Shown here: in pieces, positions 59,291 to 64,000 of the stretch
Position numbering within the stretch: the first letter of the stretch is position 1
Layout of the letters: each line of letters begins with the position of its first letter
Assembly (NCBI RefSeq): GCF_001194135.2
Contig: NC_069003.1
Coordinates: forward strand, 36,624,548 to 36,688,547
Length of the DNA: 64,000 nucleotides
Direction of reading: 5' to 3'
Origin: Octopus bimaculoides
Lineage: Eukaryota
Notes under the pieces: model-generated
Seen by the model: only the letters and a program-made list of their open reading frames with translations
What the model was told of the DNA's origin: nothing
The model's database searches: none
Made by a program: the position numbers and the translations under genes

Positions 59291-62200
59291 TAATAACAAT
59301 GGGAGCAATTTATTTCTCTTGTCTTCATGAATATTCGGTAAATTTTTACTCTTCCATCTGTCTTGTAAAACGAGTGTAAACTTTCGGAATAACAATCATC
59401 ATTTACCTCATGGAGAATGAAAAGAGCAACGAATTGGGTTGTTGTTTCCTTCTGTTAAAGAATTTTTTACTCCCTTCCTCATCCTCAATTCTTTTACCCT
59501 TTTCCAGTCAATTTTACTATAACACCCGTCTCACGTGATGGATATTATTTCTTTGGTCTCCTTAGACGGGTATGATGATACCGAATATTTTATTTCAAAG
59601 CCTAATTTTTCAGTATTTATAAATAGCTATTGAAGTTTAGGCGATCTTAGATTATAGCGTACCGATTTCATTTTCTCACGATTCTCTATCAGTAATATTT
59701 TAGCCTGCACTTTCGTTGTAGTCACTACAAATAACATGCAACGATCTATTTCATGGACTTGCTGTAAAACACATAAAATTACTTTGATTTACTGTAAAAT
59801 TTACATTCGGGTAAATGTAATGGTGGTCGAGTATTGGCCAGAAACTATCATGAAGAGAAAATTAAAGCTTGCAAAACGGTACGCTATAGTCCATAATCAC
59901 CTTTTATTCAGTATTTGATGTTTTCGTATATTGCATTCAAACCATTCTGAAGTTAATTTCTATTTAGTAATAGCTGCATTTAAATGAAGATAAAAACCTC
60001 ATTTATAATAGTTAATGACTTTTACAATTAAGAGCGGTTAATAATCGGGGGAAGTTTAAATTATTGCTGAATTTTGAATCGACCATTTGTGATGAGAGTC
60101 GGCGGGTAATTTTTCGATACATGTTCACCATAATTAATATAATAAAAGGTGGAGATTAATTGACCCTAATCCAGATTAACACTTTAGTTTCATTCCCAGT
60201 AAGCAACATTTTTGGTGTAAAATACTGAGGCATTTAACTGCTAACCCATCCACCTTATATAAGACTGAAATAAAGAAAATTATGTCATTATATAATTTAT
60301 TAAAAACTTATTTCAAAGTCCATGAATAGAACAAATGATCTTATCGAGGAGGATCTTGCCGCTTTCATAGATTTAATGAAAAGTTCTTTTCAAATTTTAA
60401 TACCTCGCTGCTTCTGCTTTTTATTCTTTGTGACATTAAAACCCTTTTAAAAAAAATTTTCAATTCATAAAGTCTAAAATTCCAAAAACGAGGAGCGGGT
60501 AGTATTAGCAGCTTCAAAACGAAGGAAATCTCCATCGGTGTTGCTATTGTTGTCAGTGCGAATAAAGTGGAATTGTTTAGGTTAAAAGTGAAAGTGTACG
60601 AGGCTAACTTTTGTTCTGGATTCCTTTTCAACTACAAACAATGAACAATGACTATTTGGGACGAGGATATTATTGAAATGAAATTAAGCATTGAAATATT
60701 TTTATCTTTGTGATTTGACCCTGTTTGCGTAGATACGTAATCCAAAGTGTTGTAACCGTCCCAAGTAACACAAAATTTAGGTCGTTTAATAAAATGTCAA
60801 CGAGGTTTGAAGTAGATCAGTCGACCGTGATAGGGTGAGCTGAAGTGAAACATTACCGCACATCGTCATAGTAATATCATGTACTATCTGTCTGTCTGTC
60901 TAGTTGTCCAAGAAAGGGTTAAGTCAGTAAAAAGAAAATCTTCAATATAAAGAAATAAAGTGTGCATAATTTTAATTCAGAATATTACATACCTACATAT
61001 ATATGAATATATACATGCATATATGGGTACAGAACGTCAAAAAACATGAACAAAATGAAAAACAAGAACATAAAAAAACAAAACCTGGAAAACGAACTTT
61101 TTTTGGACAACGAAAGAAACAAGTAGAGAAACGAGACAGGCAACATAAAGAACAATCCCTTCGTCAGTTGTCCCCTGTTTTATCTACTCTGCATTTAGAA
61201 GGTAGGAACAAGACGCGACTTCATTAAAACAGTCCTTCCCGCAAAGCAAATTAAATAAAATTTGGGATTTTTGCAGAGGGTTAAAGTGGTAACAAAAACA
61301 TGACAGTAAGAACAAAACGGTAAAAACAAACGGTGAGGGCTGTTAAGCATCACGAGGTGAAGTGGTGAACGCTGGAGAAACAAGCTTTGACAAGAGACAG
61401 GCAGTATATATATGTATGTATATATATATATAAAAGTGAGCTATATTATCCGGGTGGATACTGTATTCACTCTCAGTTAAGGGCTAACTACTTCGATCAG
61501 TATTTGAGAGATTATAAAATAAATTTTGTGGATTTACAAGTCTCCACACTTTATTATTAATAATTATATATATGTATATGTTATATATATATTGGTGTTT
61601 TGTATTTCTCACTTTATTTTTTGGTGAATTCAGTATTAATGCAGAATATTAAAGTTTGCAAAGGGCATAGCAACCCAAGGCTGGATACTCTGTGGTCATT
61701 TGACCTGCTAGAAATAGCCGCCGAATCTCACTGTCTTAAAGGTGATGGGGAGACACATTGAATAATAATAACATTGTATGCTGGAAGAAAAGGACCTGGT
61801 TGTTATGCCTTAAGCATCTTTTTTGGTGACAAGGCTTCTTGATCTAGGGTTGAACAACAATTTAAGACAGAAATCAGCTTCATTTTTCTTTATAGGTTTT
61901 TGATGCCAGCAACAGAAAAGGAACAAGAATTGTATCAGTAATGGATTGAATGAAATTTTTTCATATTCATTTTTCGCTTCCATTTTTTAAAATTACAAAG
62001 TCAATGTATTTTGTAGTTTGACAGTCGCCAACCATTTTAAAAGTTAGTGCTTAAGGTGTGAGGAGACTACTAATATGGTTAACTGTTATATTAGTACAGC
62101 GATGTTTCATTTTGGGATCGAGAAAGTGAAACTACTGAAGTTCATGAATGGCATAACAAATGGAAAGTAACTTTGTCACTTCACCTTCCATTTATGTTCA

Positions 62201-64000
62201 AACACCGAAAGGTGTCTTAAAATAACTCAATGAGCTGCGAGATTACAGTAAAAATAATATCCAGTCGAATACATACTTATATCTTTGTATGTAATGTTAG
62301 TGTGCTATTCAATACCACATCATGTTATTTCCTATCCATCTGATACCATTTATCAGATGATAGCAGTTCACTCTCTGCTCTCACTGTGATGTTAATTCTT
62401 GCTGGAATATAACTTTGTTCTTTCTTTGTAAAATATAACTAAGAAAATATATAACATTTATTACGTTATGTAAATTTATTAATGTATGAATTTTCTAATC
62501 ATGTAAGATATCTTGGGACTCGCATTATTCAAAATAATAAATATTATTCACCTCTGATGGTCACCTTAGAGTGAAAGGTGAAATTTCTTTGTTGGGACAT
62601 AATAAATATGATAGAAATATTTGCTGGTCACATTATTTGTATAAAGCTCTCTCTCTGGACTTTGGTCTCCTTCAACGTTTGATTACATATATCTTTATAT
62701 AAATAATAAGACAATGATGGGTGGGGAAGTAGAAGGGGTTGGAATGAAAAGTAAAACAAATGGATCATATAGGCAAAGGTGAATCTGTATAATAGCAGGG
62801 TATATACATGGGACGTATAGATTAAGATAAGAAAAGTAAGGTCATTGTAGAAAAGCAAGAAGGAGCAAGAAACATACACCACATGAAAGGAGGAGGTGGG
62901 GGTATTGTAGATGATTAAGAAGAAAGAAATAATTAAATTAATGGGGTTCTGAAAAGAATAGGGGATTAAAGAAAGTGCTAAACTGCACTGCAGAGAATGT
63001 TGATAACTATTCAACCAAAACTGTATGCATAGACAGATGTAAACAACATCTTGTCTTGATAGACAAACTTTATGGATAGAAAAACAAGTCCTGTTGATCT
63101 TTTTGTGTCTTTGAAAATATTGTATACACAGATAAGGTGTTTACACAATACATAATGTTGGTTAAAAATCTATATTCTGTAGTATAGTATATATTGAAAG
63201 AAAACATTAGTAATACAACAGTGATTTACTAATGAAACCAGCTGTCTAGAATGCATTCTATACACAAATTGGGATCCATTTAATTTACTTAGGATCTTAA
63301 CATTCGGTGATTTGTAAGAAGTGTCTCTGTGGATAAAGAAGATGCTTGGATGTTGATAAAATCTCAACAAAGGATTGAAACTAGTCTAAGATAAATAATT
63401 ATCATTTTAGCATCCACTTTTCTATGCTTGCATAGGTCAGACAGAGTTCATTGAGGCAGATTTTCTATGGCCAGACGCTCCTCCATTGCCAAACCTTGTT
63501 TTCATGGAAGACTGGAAATAAGACGCTGCTTGTATGATGGTGATGTTTATTTTACAATTATTGTGTGATGTTAAGACAAGGAGACAAAAACACTCACATA
63601 AATATATATTGATGATTACATAAATAGTGCATTGTAAAAGTAAAAAAAATACTGTCAAGAAAATAAAGTTTAAAAAAAGTAAACTTTAATGGCAAATATA
63701 TTTGGTGATATTTACAAAGATTTGTATTATAAGAATTAAATATTCTATTGTTGGACACAAAGTAAATATTCTTTGTTGTTGCAACAACTTCAGATTTATA
63801 TTCCAGATAAAGGAAACTGACTTAGGTGGACTGTGCACATTAGAAAATGGAGCACATCTGGAGTAAATTCTTATATTGTCAGTGTTTACCAGAAATGGTA
63901 GAATGTTGACCAAGTCCAGTGCAAAGGTACCTAAGTTCAGCTGTCCAGTGTGGTACATATAACCTATCAGAGGACCAATGGAAGTTTTCTTCAGGATGAT

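Overview
AT-rich, intron-rich animal genomic DNA. The SINE/MITE families look like those of coleoid cephalopods (probably Octopus); this is an inference from recalled repeat consensuses. Three protein genes were reconstructed by hand with GT-AG, phase-compatible exons. (1) A minus-strand gene of at least 18 coding exons (24774 to 4360, at least 1347 aa, 5' end unresolved). Its C-terminal half is clearly GTF3C2 (TFIIIC110/beta, WD40). Its N-terminal half carries a long S/K/E/D-rich disordered exon, an internal RRKQxxP motif of the NuRD-interaction type, and a C2H2-linker(LGKL)-C2HC zinc-finger unit resembling vertebrate ZNF512/ZNF512B. (2) TUBGCP5 (gamma-tubulin complex component 5), minus strand, 22 exons, 56332 to 37680. 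(3) A serine palmitoyltransferase small subunit (SPTSSA-like), plus strand, 58640-58897, head-to-head with TUBGCP5. The rest is introns and intergenic DNA full of tRNA-derived SINEs, TTAA-flanked piggyBac-type MITEs, degenerate RTE-type LINE relics, a mariner fragment, an RLE-LINE endonuclease fragment, a 242-bp palindrome, microsatellites and assembly gaps. The most interesting signal is the apparent ZNF512-GTF3C2 composite protein: a Pol III factor carrying chromatin-repressor modules. The vertebrate sequences used for comparison are recalled from memory and need confirming by alignment.
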